DNA from: Candidatus Thalassospirochaeta sargassi
GTDB taxonomy: Bacteria; Spirochaetota; Spirochaetia; UBA9216
Assembly: GCA_028532855.1 (NCBI GenBank)
Contig: JAQQAL010000006.1
Location: forward strand, 72,757-136,756
Direction of reading: 5' to 3'
Length of the DNA stretch: 64,000 nucleotides
The notes under the pieces were generated by a model. That model ran no database searches. It saw only the letters and a program-made list of their open reading frames with translations, and was not told where the DNA came from. Shown piece by piece: positions 47,767 through 58,176 of this stretch. How positions within the stretch are numbered: position 1 is the first letter of the stretch; the number at the start of each line of letters is the position of its first letter. The position numbers and the translations under genes are program-made.

Positions 47767-50097
47767 ATGAAGGAAACACCCGGCTTCATACTCACCGCGC
47801 ATTGCCTCGATATTAACGGAAGATGCGAGCTCCATTATTACTGCTGTGCCCCCGACGGACCATGTAAAATTATCGTCAGTCCGCATAAACCTGTTTTTTT
47901 CATCAACCGTGAAACCCCGGCATCACTCACCTCAGGCATAGAACGCCGCCCCCTCGACATGGTTGGTTTTGCGGGAAGCAGCGTAGACGCTCTGTACTTT
48001 AACAGCCTGAATCGATATTTCGATACAAGAAGGAACTTAAGAGAAGGTGGAGTGAAAACCTATGAATCCGACGTCCGTGCCGAAGACAGGTTTCTGATGG
48101 AAAGGTTTATCAGCGGCGGGGTAAGAATACAGGGTGAGCCACGTAATGAAAATGGTCTTAAAGTCTTTCGAAACCCCGCAATCAGTCCATATGACTACCG
48201 TCCGGCTTTAAGCATGCTCTCAATCGATATTGAAACAGGCACAGACGGCAGTATGTACTCTGCAGCATTTCATTTTACACCGGCCGCAGAGCATTCCCGT
48301 CAGGGAGAACAGAAACTCGTGCTGATGAGAGGCTCCCCGGGGGCGGATGCTCAAGAGACTCCTGCCTGGCTCAGCTACTGCCCCGACGAACGCAGCCTGC
48401 TCACTGATTTCATCCGCAGGGTAAAGGTCTTTGATGCAGATCTTCTGATTGGCTGGCATGTAATCGGATTTGATCTGAGCTTCATTCAGGGCCGTGCGGA
48501 AGTTCTGAATATCCCAGTGAACATTGGCCGCGGGCGCAGACGAATGAGGCTGAATGAAAAACGTAACGGCATGTTTGCGGCGGAGATTGAAGGGAGAATT
48601 GTTATAGACGGGCCACAGACACTCCGGACAGCCTTCTATAAGTTCGACAACTACCGCCTTGAAACAGTTGCCTCGCAGCTTCTCGGGCGTGGAAAGGATA
48701 TAAGACCCGATCTGGATAAGGTAGCCGAAATTGAACGCCGCTTTACCGAAGACAAAGAGGCACTGGCCCGTTACAATCTGGAGGATTCGGTACTTGTAAC
48801 CGAAATTTTTCAGCACACAGCAATAATTGACCAGCTTATAACCCGAAGCCTGATTACCGGCCTTCCAGTCGACAAGGTTCATATGTCGGTTGCTGCCTTT
48901 GATCATTTCATGCTTCCCCGCTTCCATCGCAGGGGTATTGTTGCGCCTGAAACTATAGATATTACAGCAGGAGAACATGCCGCCGGAGGACATGTTTTCA
49001 CCTCACCCGCCGGCCTCTACCCTCATGTTGTAGTCCTCGATTTTAAGAGCCTGTATCCGACAATAATGAGGACATTCTTCATCGATCCCTACTCAAGAAT
49101 GAAATCCGACATTGATACGGTTCTCACACCGGAGGGAATATCCTTCTCCCGCACCGAAAATATTCTTCCTGAATTCCTTGCTGAACTGATGAGCAAGCGA
49201 GCGCGGGCCAGGGCGGACGATGACAGCCAGCTGGCCCAGGCTGTGAAGATTCTTCTGAACAGCTTCTATGGAGTGATGGGAACAACCGGCTGCAGATTCT
49301 ATCATCCGGACCTGCCCACTGCAATAACCGGCACCGGACAGTGGATACTCAAAAACTCAGCAGCCTTTCTTAGGGAAAAGGGATACAGCGTAATATACGG
49401 CGACACCGATTCGGTCTTTGTATGCCTGAAAGAAAAAGAACAGCAGAAGGCTGCAGCGGCCGGTAATAAACTGGCCGAAATGGTCAATGAGTACTTAGCA
49501 GGCAGGCTGAAGAACGAGTTCGGGGTTGAGTCAAAACTGGAAATTGAGTTTGAAAAGCATTATGTAAAATTCTTCCTGCCGCCCATGCGCTATACAACCG
49601 ACGGTGCAAGAAAAAAATATGCAGGACTTCTTGAAAACGGAGAAATTGAGTTCAAGGGGCTTGAGACGGTTCGATCCGACTGGACCGAACTAGCCCGGAA
49701 CTTTCAACAGGAGCTGTTCAGGCGCTTTTTCTCTGGAGAGGATCTGAAACTCTGGATCAGAAATTTCATCGAGGAACTGAAAAACGGTCAATACAATGAA
49801 TCGCTGGTTTATCGGCGCAGACTGAAAAGAGCAGCGGAAGCATATACGAAGACAAGTCCGCCCCATGTTAAAGCGGCCAGACGTCTTGATCCTGACGGTT
49901 CAAAAAAGATCTCTGAGGTCAGCTACATAATAACTGCGGAAGGGCCTGAACCTGTGGAGCTTGCAGAGGCTCCGCCAGACTACAGGCACTACATTGAAAA
50001 ACAGATACGGCCAATTGCCGACGGCGTATTATTCGCAGTCGGGGACGACTTTGACTCTATTATAGACGGACGACAGTTGAACCTGTTTGAAGGATAA
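47767..50097 (+). CDS. polB: Family B DNA polymerase (DNA polymerase II-like) with 3'-5' exonuclease domain
   Basis: The Exo I motif (LSIDIETG), Pol motif A (DFKSLYPTIM), motif B (KILLNSFYGVMG) and motif C (YGDTDSVFV) are present. The length of 776 aa is comparable to E. coli Pol II. Confidence 0.8.
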   Translation: MKETPGFILTAHCLDINGRCELHYYCCAPDGPCKIIVSPHKPVFFINRETPASLTSGIERRPLDMVGFAGSSVDALYFNSLNRYFDTRRNLREGGVKTYESDVRAEDRFLMERFISGGVRIQGEPRNENGLKVFRNPAISPYDYRPALSMLSIDIETGTDGSMYSAAFHFTPAAEHSRQGEQKLVLMRGSPGADAQETPAWLSYCPDERSLLTDFIRRVKVFDADLLIGWHVIGFDLSFIQGRAEVLNIPVNIGRGRRRMRLNEKRNGMFAAEIEGRIVIDGPQTLRTAFYKFDNYRLETVASQLLGRGKDIRPDLDKVAEIERRFTEDKEALARYNLEDSVLVTEIFQHTAIIDQLITRSLITGLPVDKVHMSVAAFDHFMLPRFHRRGIVAPETIDITAGEHAAGGHVFTSPAGLYPHVVVLDFKSLYPTIMRTFFIDPYSRMKSDIDTVLTPEGISFSRTENILPEFLAELMSKRARARADDDSQLAQAVKILLNSFYGVMGTTGCRFYHPDLPTAITGTGQWILKNSAAFLREKGYSVIYGDTDSVFVCLKEKEQQKAAAAGNKLAEMVNEYLAGRLKNEFGVESKLEIEFEKHYVKFFLPPMRYTTDGARKKYAGLLENGEIEFKGLETVRSDWTELARNFQQELFRRFFSGEDLKLWIRNFIEELKNGQYNESLVYRRRLKRAAEAYTKTSPPHVKAARRLDPDGSKKISEVSYIITAEGPEPVELAEAPPDYRHYIEKQIRPIADGVLFAVGDDFDSIIDGRQLNLFEG

Positions 50098-50234
50098 AAC
50101 CTGTCGATTCAGCGGCCTTAATACAATTATTATTGGAATAAAAGCCATTTCCTACTGGCCCATCGTTTCACCGAAGGTAAGGATTCGGAAGCCGGAAGAA
50201 GCTGCTGCTGATTACTCGGCAGCAGCCGATTGCA

Positions 50235-52145
50235 TTATAGCAGTTTACTTAACACATCAAGATTGGCCTTTTTATGTGCCGCCTCATCAGAATACATCAG
50301 CTCAATTCTATCCTTATAAAAATCTCTTACCTTATGGCGTACGAGTTTCATTGTCGAATTGATCAGCTGATCTGCTTCAGAGAATTCCTCTTCAATAATT
50401 GCGAATGTTGAGGGTATCCACTGCAGGGGTATATCAGCGCCCTTGTCCTTAAAAGCATAGAATGATGATTCCAGTTCAGCAAGAAGTTCCCCGGCTGACG
50501 TAATACCCTTCTCTTCAGCTCTGGCTTTGAGCAGACTTGTGTTGATGGTAATCAGAGCCGTTGTGGTCTTTGACTGCTCATTATAGGCCATTATCTGATT
50601 CACAAGTTCGGAATTATTGATTACAGCTTCCTCAATGGCTTCGGGTGAGTATTTTTCTCCGTCGGCAGCTATCAGTAGAGCCTTTTCACGACCTACAACA
50701 CCTAGAAATCCGTCCGGATCCTTATATCCCAGGTCACCAGTCCATAGCCAGCCGTCTTTAATGGTATTGGCTGTCTCTTCCGGGTTCTTAAAATAGCCCT
50801 TCATAACGCTGTCGCCCTTGATAACAATCTCACCGACTTCCATCGGGGCTGCTTCAGTATCAGCATCCTTCATTATCCTGCACTCAATAGAGGGCATGAT
50901 AACACCGGATGAGCCGAACTTATGTTTTTCAGGGCCGTTGGCACAGATAATTGGCGAAGCTTCAGTCAGACCGTAGCCCTGATATACAGGAGCGCCTATG
51001 GCATTAAAAAACTCCTGCTGACTAATCTCAAGCAGAGCGCCGCCGCCGATACAGAAATTCAGATTATTACCGAAAATTTCCCTGAGTTTAGGGAATATCA
51101 GTGCAGAGGCAAGCTTATACGGAAACCAGGCCGCAAGCCTTACACCGAGTGAGGGTTTATTAAACCCGTCGCCGTGATACCGGATACCTGCAGCCACTCC
51201 GCGGGTAAATATGCCATTGAGAAAAGCGCCCTTGGCACGAACACCCGCCTGCATCTTTTTCATGAAATTCCCGGTCAGAGCCGGAACCGTCAGCAGAAAA
51301 TACGGATTACGTTCAACAAGGTTGACTGGAATATTCCTAAGTGCATTCATTCCGCTGCCTACTGAGTCCACAAAACTCATGGAAAGCCCCTTGATAAGGC
51401 TTGTATATAAACCGACAGTATGCGCAAAACTGTGATCCAGAGGAAGTATAATGAGCGACTCTGAACCATTGGGAAGAAAGACCGTATCTACCGCGTCATG
51501 AGAATTGGTATAGTAGTTCTTATGCGTCAGCATAATACCTTTGGGGTTTCCTGTTGTTCCTGACGTATAAGATATGGTGACGACATCATCCTCATTAATC
51601 GCTTCAATCCTGCCGTCAAGTTCAGGTTTAACCTCATCTAGACTCTGAACACCCTCGGCAACCAGATCTTCAAAACGAACAATATCAGAACCCCATGAAA
51701 AACCTGCATCTGAAGCAGCCTTTTTCATCTTCTCTTCGTTATCTAGAAGTACAATAATCAAAGGCTTTTTCTCAACAGCCCCCCATATACCCGCCAGTTT
51801 CGGAAAAACGTTCTCAGAAACTATGACAGCCTTTACTTCTGAATGATTAAGCCTGAAAGGGATCTCTTCGGGAAGAAGTTTAATGGACAGGGGAACCGAG
51901 ATACAGCCTGCCATAAGCAGCCCGAATTCGGAAGTTATCCAGCCATTGCGGCCTTCGGAAATAATTGCAATTGTATCGTCTTTGATAAACCCTCTTTTAA
52001 CGAGTGCCGCACCGAAATTATATGATTCAGCCCATGCTGTATCAAAACTCAGCGATTTCCACTCTCCGCCAATCTTCTGACTGAGGTAGGGATTTCCCTC
52101 ATATTTTTTCGCAGCCTCTTTGAACATATTGATGACTGTTCTCAA
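50235..52145 (-). CDS. Long-chain fatty-acid--CoA ligase (AMP-binding enzyme family)
   Basis: The AMP-binding motif YTSGTTGNPKG and further adenylation motifs (YGLTE, GWLWTGD) are present. The length is 636 aa. Confidence 0.8.
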   Translation of the reverse strand: MRTVINMFKEAAKKYEGNPYLSQKIGGEWKSLSFDTAWAESYNFGAALVKRGFIKDDTIAIISEGRNGWITSEFGLLMAGCISVPLSIKLLPEEIPFRLNHSEVKAVIVSENVFPKLAGIWGAVEKKPLIIVLLDNEEKMKKAASDAGFSWGSDIVRFEDLVAEGVQSLDEVKPELDGRIEAINEDDVVTISYTSGTTGNPKGIMLTHKNYYTNSHDAVDTVFLPNGSESLIILPLDHSFAHTVGLYTSLIKGLSMSFVDSVGSGMNALRNIPVNLVERNPYFLLTVPALTGNFMKKMQAGVRAKGAFLNGIFTRGVAAGIRYHGDGFNKPSLGVRLAAWFPYKLASALIFPKLREIFGNNLNFCIGGGALLEISQQEFFNAIGAPVYQGYGLTEASPIICANGPEKHKFGSSGVIMPSIECRIMKDADTEAAPMEVGEIVIKGDSVMKGYFKNPEETANTIKDGWLWTGDLGYKDPDGFLGVVGREKALLIAADGEKYSPEAIEEAVINNSELVNQIMAYNEQSKTTTALITINTSLLKARAEEKGITSAGELLAELESSFYAFKDKGADIPLQWIPSTFAIIEEEFSEADQLINSTMKLVRHKVRDFYKDRIELMYSDEAAHKKANLDVLSKLL

Positions 52146-52227
52146 TGTTGACCTCCGGAAATGTTAAAATTTTGTCAGATTCAACAGAGTAACATATATA
52201 GAGTAAAAATCATATCATGTTTTTCGG

Positions 52228-53139
52228 TTAAACAGGCTCTTTGCCGTCCGACGGCTTAAGCTTCAGCTTCCCTGCAGCAAGTCCAAGGGCTATGAGAAGT
52301 ATACCTATAAGTTTCTCAACAGCAACCGGATTACCATTGTAGAGATCAAGAATAATGCCTCCGGCAAGCTCACCCGAGAAAATCCCAAGTACAACAAGAA
52401 GAGCTGGAGCCCTGCACAGCATGAAGGCAATTACTCCCGTGGTAAAAACACCGATCAGTCCGCCGCCTGAAACCACGTACCACGGCAGATTTGTAATGAT
52501 ATTCATTGCTCCGGCTATCAGTCCTCCATCGAAGGAAGGAACCCCTATACGGGCAAAAAACATCGGAATAATCACAATCAGAGCCGAGACATAGTTGAAT
52601 AGAACCGTTTTTGCTGTGCCGTAGTATGAGGAATTAGAAGCGTTCATCGACTGCTGCACCATTAGAATTATTCCGGGCGTCCATGAAAACAAAATCCATA
52701 AAATCGAGGCGCCAGCCTTCAGACCGATTATAGCCGAAGCCGGAATCAGCAGGGCCGGCGATAGAATACGCTGGAAAAGCGGTGAACGTTCACGGCCCTC
52801 ACTGTAAAAACTTTCGGCAATTGACGCGGCAAGCGTCTGTCCCGCAAGTGAACCGCTTAAAGAAAAGAGAATCCCCCCCTTAACGAAGGTGACGCTTGCA
52901 AAGTAAACAAGCAGGGCGCCGAGCATTCCGGCCGCAAGAAAATATACGGGCGGCCTTTTATCGGAGTCGCCGGCAAGACGTCCGCGTTCCGCAAGCATAA
53001 AAACGAGGGTTCCTGCCAGACCGCTGATATGTATCACCAGCAGGGCCAGAGTTCCTCCTGCGGCATTTTGCAGAACACCGTTGAACTGAATCATCAGGGA
53101 AATCAGAAAACCGGCTATTATTGATAAAATAAGGAACAT
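52228..53139 (-). CDS. DMT-superfamily membrane protein, tandem DUF606 (YdcZ-like)
   Basis: Two ~150-aa halves each resemble YdcZ (AGFLISLMIQFNGVL...). The protein has about 10 TM segments. Confidence 0.45.
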   Translation of the reverse strand: MFLILSIIAGFLISLMIQFNGVLQNAAGGTLALLVIHISGLAGTLVFMLAERGRLAGDSDKRPPVYFLAAGMLGALLVYFASVTFVKGGILFSLSGSLAGQTLAASIAESFYSEGRERSPLFQRILSPALLIPASAIIGLKAGASILWILFSWTPGIILMVQQSMNASNSSYYGTAKTVLFNYVSALIVIIPMFFARIGVPSFDGGLIAGAMNIITNLPWYVVSGGGLIGVFTTGVIAFMLCRAPALLVVLGIFSGELAGGIILDLYNGNPVAVEKLIGILLIALGLAAGKLKLKPSDGKEPV

Positions 53140-53197
53140 CCGTCCTCCTTGTTTAAGTCTAAAAGGTAGACTATATTATTAACCAGAGGTAGGACTT

Positions 53198-53878
53198 ATG
53201 TCCCAAACAGATCTAAATAATGTTAAAATCAGGGATTTTTTCCTGAAATCCCCGGATTCAAAGAGACACAGCTGGCAAAAGGGTGAATTCCTATGCATGG
53301 AAGGTGATGATCTGAACCTTATGCATTATCTCGAAACGGGAAGATTCAGAATTTTCAGAACCCTGGAAAACGGAAGGGAGATGCTCTACAGGATATATCT
53401 GCCGGGATCCGTTATCGGAGATATCGAAGTTTTCAGCGGCATCAATGCAGCATCCTGCTCGGTTCAGTGTATAGAAAATGCTGAAACCCTTTCCATGCCA
53501 ATGAAACTGCTTCAGGAGAATCCAGCCGGTTCCGGAGAATTACTGTACATCCTCGGAAGGGGGATTGCGCGGAAACTCCATGAAAACTCGGTTTCAGAGG
53601 CGGTCAACACAATCTACCCTCTTGAGGTAAGGCTTGCACACTACTTTCTGAGCTTTGAGGACCCCGAATTGCAGGCAGGGACCCTCGGGCAGCTGGCCGG
53701 ATGGATGGGATGCTCCTATCGCCACCTCACCCGCAGTCTGGCCGGTCTCAGACGGAAATCAGCTATCCGTTCTTCATCTTCAGGCTGGGAACCAGATGAC
53801 AAAAAAATGCTTGAAACAATTGCTGCCCCTCTGCTCCACGAGAAACGCGGACGGGTTCTGTTTGAACCAGGAGAATAA
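53198..53878 (+). CDS. Crp/Fnr family transcriptional regulator
   Basis: A cNMP-binding beta-barrel (GEFLCMEGDD...RIYLPGSVIGDIE) and a C-terminal HTH (LAGWMGCSYRHLTRSLAGL) are present. Confidence 0.75.
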   Translation: MSQTDLNNVKIRDFFLKSPDSKRHSWQKGEFLCMEGDDLNLMHYLETGRFRIFRTLENGREMLYRIYLPGSVIGDIEVFSGINAASCSVQCIENAETLSMPMKLLQENPAGSGELLYILGRGIARKLHENSVSEAVNTIYPLEVRLAHYFLSFEDPELQAGTLGQLAGWMGCSYRHLTRSLAGLRRKSAIRSSSSGWEPDDKKMLETIAAPLLHEKRGRVLFEPGE

Positions 53879-53916
53879 TCCTTGCCTGTTTATAGCTTAG
53901 TAACTATATTACAAAC

Positions 53917-54498
53917 ATGAAAAACAATCAGAACAGCAGAATTTTCGGTATTGTTGAAACCGCAGGAATAATTGACAAGGCCGTTTATTCGATGATGAAG
54001 TACCAGAGGGAACTAAAACTAATCGATAAGAAATTTGAAAGCCACATCATGCTGGCGGTTTCAGAAGTCAACGGCTGCCGGATATGCACCTATGTACATA
54101 CCCAGCACGCTCTCACCTCCGGGACATCCGAAGAGGAACTGTCACACCTGCTGGACGGCAATATAGACGGTGCCGACCCTGAAGAAGCAGCAGCCCTGCT
54201 GTTTGCACAGCATTATGCCGACACCTCCGGCAGCTATGATCCTGCTGCATTCGAAAGACTGATTGAAACATACGGAAAAGACAAGGCTTCTGGAATCCTT
54301 GCGACTATCAGGCTGATTATGTTTGGAAATTCATTGGGGATAAATCAAGGCTTTTTTACAGACCGCTTCAAAGGGAAGCGAAACCCGGACAGCCGCCTGT
54401 GGAACGAAATCTTAGTGATGCTCTGCCCGCTCGTACTGATTCCGGCTGCAGCAATCAGAAATCTTTTCAGGCGTAAAACACAACTACAGGTTCAGTGA
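53917..54498 (+). CDS. Carboxymuconolactone decarboxylase/AhpD-like family protein
   Basis: NGCRICTYVHTQHA matches the CMD-family NGCxYCxxxH motif. Confidence 0.6.
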   Translation: MKNNQNSRIFGIVETAGIIDKAVYSMMKYQRELKLIDKKFESHIMLAVSEVNGCRICTYVHTQHALTSGTSEEELSHLLDGNIDGADPEEAAALLFAQHYADTSGSYDPAAFERLIETYGKDKASGILATIRLIMFGNSLGINQGFFTDRFKGKRNPDSRLWNEILVMLCPLVLIPAAAIRNLFRRKTQLQVQ

Positions 54499-55220
54499 AC
54501 ACTCATCATCGCACGAAAACGCTCATACGGGGTACTGTGCGGCATGCCGAGTGAAGCCCGGTATGTATCAAGCGAGGGGTCATCCCATCGTATAAATGGA
54601 TTAACCCGAAGCTCCTGAGCAATTGTCGTTGAGAGTAGTTCTCTGACATATGACGCTTTGTACTGGTTCAGGTATGGATTATCCGGATCTATCCTCTGTA
54701 TAACGCCGGTTGTGTAATCGAAAATATCGTGGCCGGCATAAATCCTTGTTTCGGGAGGAAAGCGCAGCACCTTCTGAAGCGATTCAAAATAAAGCTCATA
54801 ATCCTTAGTATAACAGTTACCGACAGTTCCGTTAAAAAGAGTATCACCTGTTAGAAGGCTTCCGTTTCCTTGCGATTCTGCATTGTCATCATTGAAGTAA
54901 AAAACAATGGATTCTTCAGAATGTCCCGGTGCCGGAAATGCTTCAAGCTGTTCGCTGCCTATCTTCAGCACCTTGATGCTGCACATAATATCCGGGGTAA
55001 TGTTTACAGCATCAGTTCGAGTAAGCAGATCCTCATTTCCGTGAATATGGTCCCGATGCTCATGGGTGTTTGTTACATATTTCACTTCAAGCCCTTCGGC
55101 TTCAGCGAACGCTGTTATTTCATCCGGCGCTACACCGTCCACCGCAACTGCCTCCCGGCCTGACCAAAGCAGGTATCCCAGGTTACCCTCATTCCCATAT
55201 CTGAACTGTTTAATCTTCAT
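54492..55220 (-). CDS. MBL-fold metallo-hydrolase, glyoxalase II (GloB)-like
   Basis: THEHRDHIHGN (the HxHxDH motif), GHSEES and a C-terminal NPFIRWDD (cf. the GloB NPFLR motif) are present. The start is placed at the ATG at 55220 by homology with GloB N-termini; the longest ORF extends to 55337 without recognisable similarity. Confidence 0.7.
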   Translation of the reverse strand: MKIKQFRYGNEGNLGYLLWSGREAVAVDGVAPDEITAFAEAEGLEVKYVTNTHEHRDHIHGNEDLLTRTDAVNITPDIMCSIKVLKIGSEQLEAFPAPGHSEESIVFYFNDDNAESQGNGSLLTGDTLFNGTVGNCYTKDYELYFESLQKVLRFPPETRIYAGHDIFDYTTGVIQRIDPDNPYLNQYKASYVRELLSTTIAQELRVNPFIRWDDPSLDTYRASLGMPHSTPYERFRAMMSVH

Positions 55221-56118
55221 GTCTACCAAGCATACAGCTGAATGAGTCTGCAGTCCAGCGGCGGTATACACAGTTATAACAGTTTTCTGCACCGTCGCCG
55301 ACATGCTCTTCAGGAACATCGAATCTGAATTTTTCACATGCGGGTTTTATCGCCCTCTCTTCACCGAAGTTTCGCATTTCATTCTTCACAAGAGTAGACC
55401 AGAAATCGTGTTCCGGCTTCTGACGAACTAAGAGAACAGGGAAACCTTCATGAAGTACTGGCTTTGCCTTCCAACTGATAAAGACCTCTTCATGCCGGGC
55501 GAGCGAATCCATTTCCAGCGTACATACATCCGATATCAGCTCATGTGTAAGAAGACTGTTTACAGTAAAACGTCGACCCTGCTCAAAACAGCCGATGCCG
55601 CCCTTAACCTCACCGTCGTTTCCGTGAAGACGTAGACCTATCCCTGCAAGTGCTCCGATAACACCCTCTCCGTTTCCTCCGAACTCATTAAGAAAAATAC
55701 CAGCTTCATCGGCAAGTGCATAGGCGGCATCCTTTGTAAGAACTTCAACCTTCGCCCTGTAGCCGAACTCAATAATCCGGTGCTGAAGCGGAATATCTGC
55801 ATCAAGCTTTTTTATATCGGCTATACACATACCCGGATCCGAACCTTCAGCCGACTCGGCTGCCAGGTAACGGGACAGTTCAATCCTTAGATCTGTGAAA
55901 TACTTTTCATCAATCGACGCCCCAAAGCACATTGAAGAATTATGCGAGGTATAGCGGACATCCTCGTGCAGAACAAGCTGATGACGTGATATTAAGCCGC
56001 AGCCACCCCAACCGCTGCGCTTAATGATATCAGTCATTTCAGCGGCAATGGAGCCGGTTCCACGGGATTCAAGATTATCGGTATCGTCTATGCAGATCAG
56101 AAGATTCATGATCAACAA
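55210..56118 (-). CDS. Hypothetical protein with an N-terminal IDDTD motif (possible TiaS-kinase-domain-like/DUF protein) and a C-terminal Cys cluster
   Basis: The N-terminal LLICIDDTDNLESRGTG recalls the GIDDTD start of the archaeal TiaS kinase domain (from memory). The C-terminus has CYNC...C. It is co-oriented with and abuts the MBL gene. Confidence 0.45.
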   Translation of the reverse strand: MLIMNLLICIDDTDNLESRGTGSIAAEMTDIIKRSGWGGCGLISRHQLVLHEDVRYTSHNSSMCFGASIDEKYFTDLRIELSRYLAAESAEGSDPGMCIADIKKLDADIPLQHRIIEFGYRAKVEVLTKDAAYALADEAGIFLNEFGGNGEGVIGALAGIGLRLHGNDGEVKGGIGCFEQGRRFTVNSLLTHELISDVCTLEMDSLARHEEVFISWKAKPVLHEGFPVLLVRQKPEHDFWSTLVKNEMRNFGEERAIKPACEKFRFDVPEEHVGDGAENCYNCVYRRWTADSFSCMLGRHED

Positions 56119-56342
56119 CTCCTTTTCACAATGGAAGGCATATCCTTTTCCGCAAATACCCTGTCGCCCTGCTGCTCATAGACAGTACTTCCATAGAACC
56201 TCAGGAACGCTGTTGTTTCTGATATTAGGGAATATTTTAGCATGAATTTTTATCTATGGTCGATTGTAAATTCTCTCATTCATACCTTTACCTCAATCCA
56301 ATGCTGAATTAAACTTAAACTATATACAATTCGGGGGAAAAG

Positions 56343-58172
56343 ATGAACGCGAAACGATATCTAACAGAACTCATTGCAATTCTTCTAATTGCTTCAGTAA
56401 CTCTGTTTTATTCCTGCAGCAGAGAAGAGTACACTCTGGAAGAAATTGAGGAAATAAAAACCGATGAAGAAAATACCTTGTTATCTAAAACCGTTAGTAA
56501 ACCGGGCGGTGTACCATTTGAGGTCGGCAAGGTGGGCGGCGAATGGACAAGTTCAGTAACAGCTGATCCGAAAACATTTAACCTCATTGTAGCGCATACC
56601 GATGCTGAGTCCATGGCTATAATAGGCAGTCTCTATGCCTATCTCGCCGATTATGACCCCTATGAACGAGAGTGGAAACCGGACCTTGCATCATTCAAGA
56701 TAGCGGCCGATGAAGCAGCAGGAACTCTCGATGTAATTTTCACAATCCGCGACGATGCCTTCTGGACAACCTACGGTAGCGATGAAAAAATCAAGGTTAC
56801 CTCCGATGACGTAGTTTTCTGGTACAACGAGGTATGGGGAAATCCTGAAACGAACTCATCAGGCTACAACGGCCAGTTTATTCAGATGGAAGACGGTACA
56901 TCTGCTCATATTGACATAGAAAAGATAGACGACCGCAGGTTCAGTTTTCATTTCCCAAGAATCATAGCAAATCCGATTCTTACCTGTAATATGTATTTCG
57001 GCCCGAAACATCAGTATGCACCGGCATATGAAGAGGGCGGAACTGACGCCATGATGGACTTATTCACAGTTGACACAGATGTATCGCAGCTTGCATGCAT
57101 CGGTGAATACTACCTGATTGAATATACCCCCGGGGTACGCCTTGTTTATGCCCGAAACCCGTATTTTTACAAAAAGGATGCTGCCGGAATCAGCCTCCCC
57201 TACAGGGAAAAATCAATTGCCCAGATAGTCCCTGATCAGAACACCGAGTTCCTCCTTTTTAAAAACGGAGAAAAAGACAGCTATACGGTAAGACCGGAAG
57301 ATCTAGAAGATCTGCTGTCGATTGAAGAACCGGACTACACCGTATATAACGGCGGGGCAAGCCTTAGATCATCCTTTGTTTCTTTTAACCAGAACCCGAA
57401 GGCCCTTGATGATAAATATCATCAGTGGTTCAGCAAAAAGGAATTCAGGCAGGCTATGAGCCGCCTGCTTAACCGCGAAAGAATTATCAAGCAGGTTTAC
57501 AGGGGGCTTGCCGAACCTGCTCTAGGTTTCTTTGCGACAGCAAACCCCTATTACAACGACAGCCTGAAGAATGAATATACCTATGATCCGCATAAGGCTG
57601 CTGAACTAATGAATTCCATAGGAATCACCCCCGATGAAAACGGACTTATGACCGATGAGAATGGGAATCATATTGAGTTTGATCTTGTTCTTGGTGCAGA
57701 CAGCACGGTTGGCGTCGATATTGCAAATATAATTTCAGATGAATGTGCGAAGGCCGGAATAACAGTCAATGTAAAACCTCTTGATTTTCAGAAGGTCGTC
57801 GATATGCTGATGAGCACCCATGACTGGCATTCTGTAATGATTTCACTCGGTACAAACTACTGGCCTACACAGGGAAGCAACGTCTGGCCGTCCGACGGCA
57901 ACCTTCATCTCTGGCACCCCAACCAGGAAAGTCCGGCAACCGATTGGGAAGCGCGGGTAGATTACCTCTATAATGAGGGTTCATTCACTGTCGACAGGGC
58001 AAAGGCTGAGGTCATATGGGATGAATACCAGGGCATTATCCTTGAACAGCTTCCGGTTTTATACCTTGTTCACCCGCTCTCTTTCACTGCAGTGCGAGAT
58101 AAATGGGGGAATGTCTACTACGACACCCTGGGCGGACTGGATACCAACTACCTCTTCCTGAAAGAGGAATAG
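56343..58172 (+). CDS. ABC transporter substrate-binding protein, family 5 (peptide/nickel, OppA/DppA-like), probable lipoprotein
   Basis: The length is 609 aa. A signal peptide ends in a Cys (LFYSCS). The family-5 SBP layout and its position ahead of the two permeases and two ATPases support the call. Confidence 0.75.
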   Translation: MNAKRYLTELIAILLIASVTLFYSCSREEYTLEEIEEIKTDEENTLLSKTVSKPGGVPFEVGKVGGEWTSSVTADPKTFNLIVAHTDAESMAIIGSLYAYLADYDPYEREWKPDLASFKIAADEAAGTLDVIFTIRDDAFWTTYGSDEKIKVTSDDVVFWYNEVWGNPETNSSGYNGQFIQMEDGTSAHIDIEKIDDRRFSFHFPRIIANPILTCNMYFGPKHQYAPAYEEGGTDAMMDLFTVDTDVSQLACIGEYYLIEYTPGVRLVYARNPYFYKKDAAGISLPYREKSIAQIVPDQNTEFLLFKNGEKDSYTVRPEDLEDLLSIEEPDYTVYNGGASLRSSFVSFNQNPKALDDKYHQWFSKKEFRQAMSRLLNRERIIKQVYRGLAEPALGFFATANPYYNDSLKNEYTYDPHKAAELMNSIGITPDENGLMTDENGNHIEFDLVLGADSTVGVDIANIISDECAKAGITVNVKPLDFQKVVDMLMSTHDWHSVMISLGTNYWPTQGSNVWPSDGNLHLWHPNQESPATDWEARVDYLYNEGSFTVDRAKAEVIWDEYQGIILEQLPVLYLVHPLSFTAVRDKWGNVYYDTLGGLDTNYLFLKEE

Positions 58173-58176
58173 CCGG

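Noticed and set aside
48220-48993. 257-aa minus-strand ORF
   Set aside because: It is antisense within polB, whose polymerase motifs are clear.
50198-50227. Hairpin gctgctg-attactcgg-cagcagc between polB and the acyl-CoA ligase as a terminator
   Set aside because: There is no U-tract on either strand and the loop is 9 nt. The evidence is too weak to call.
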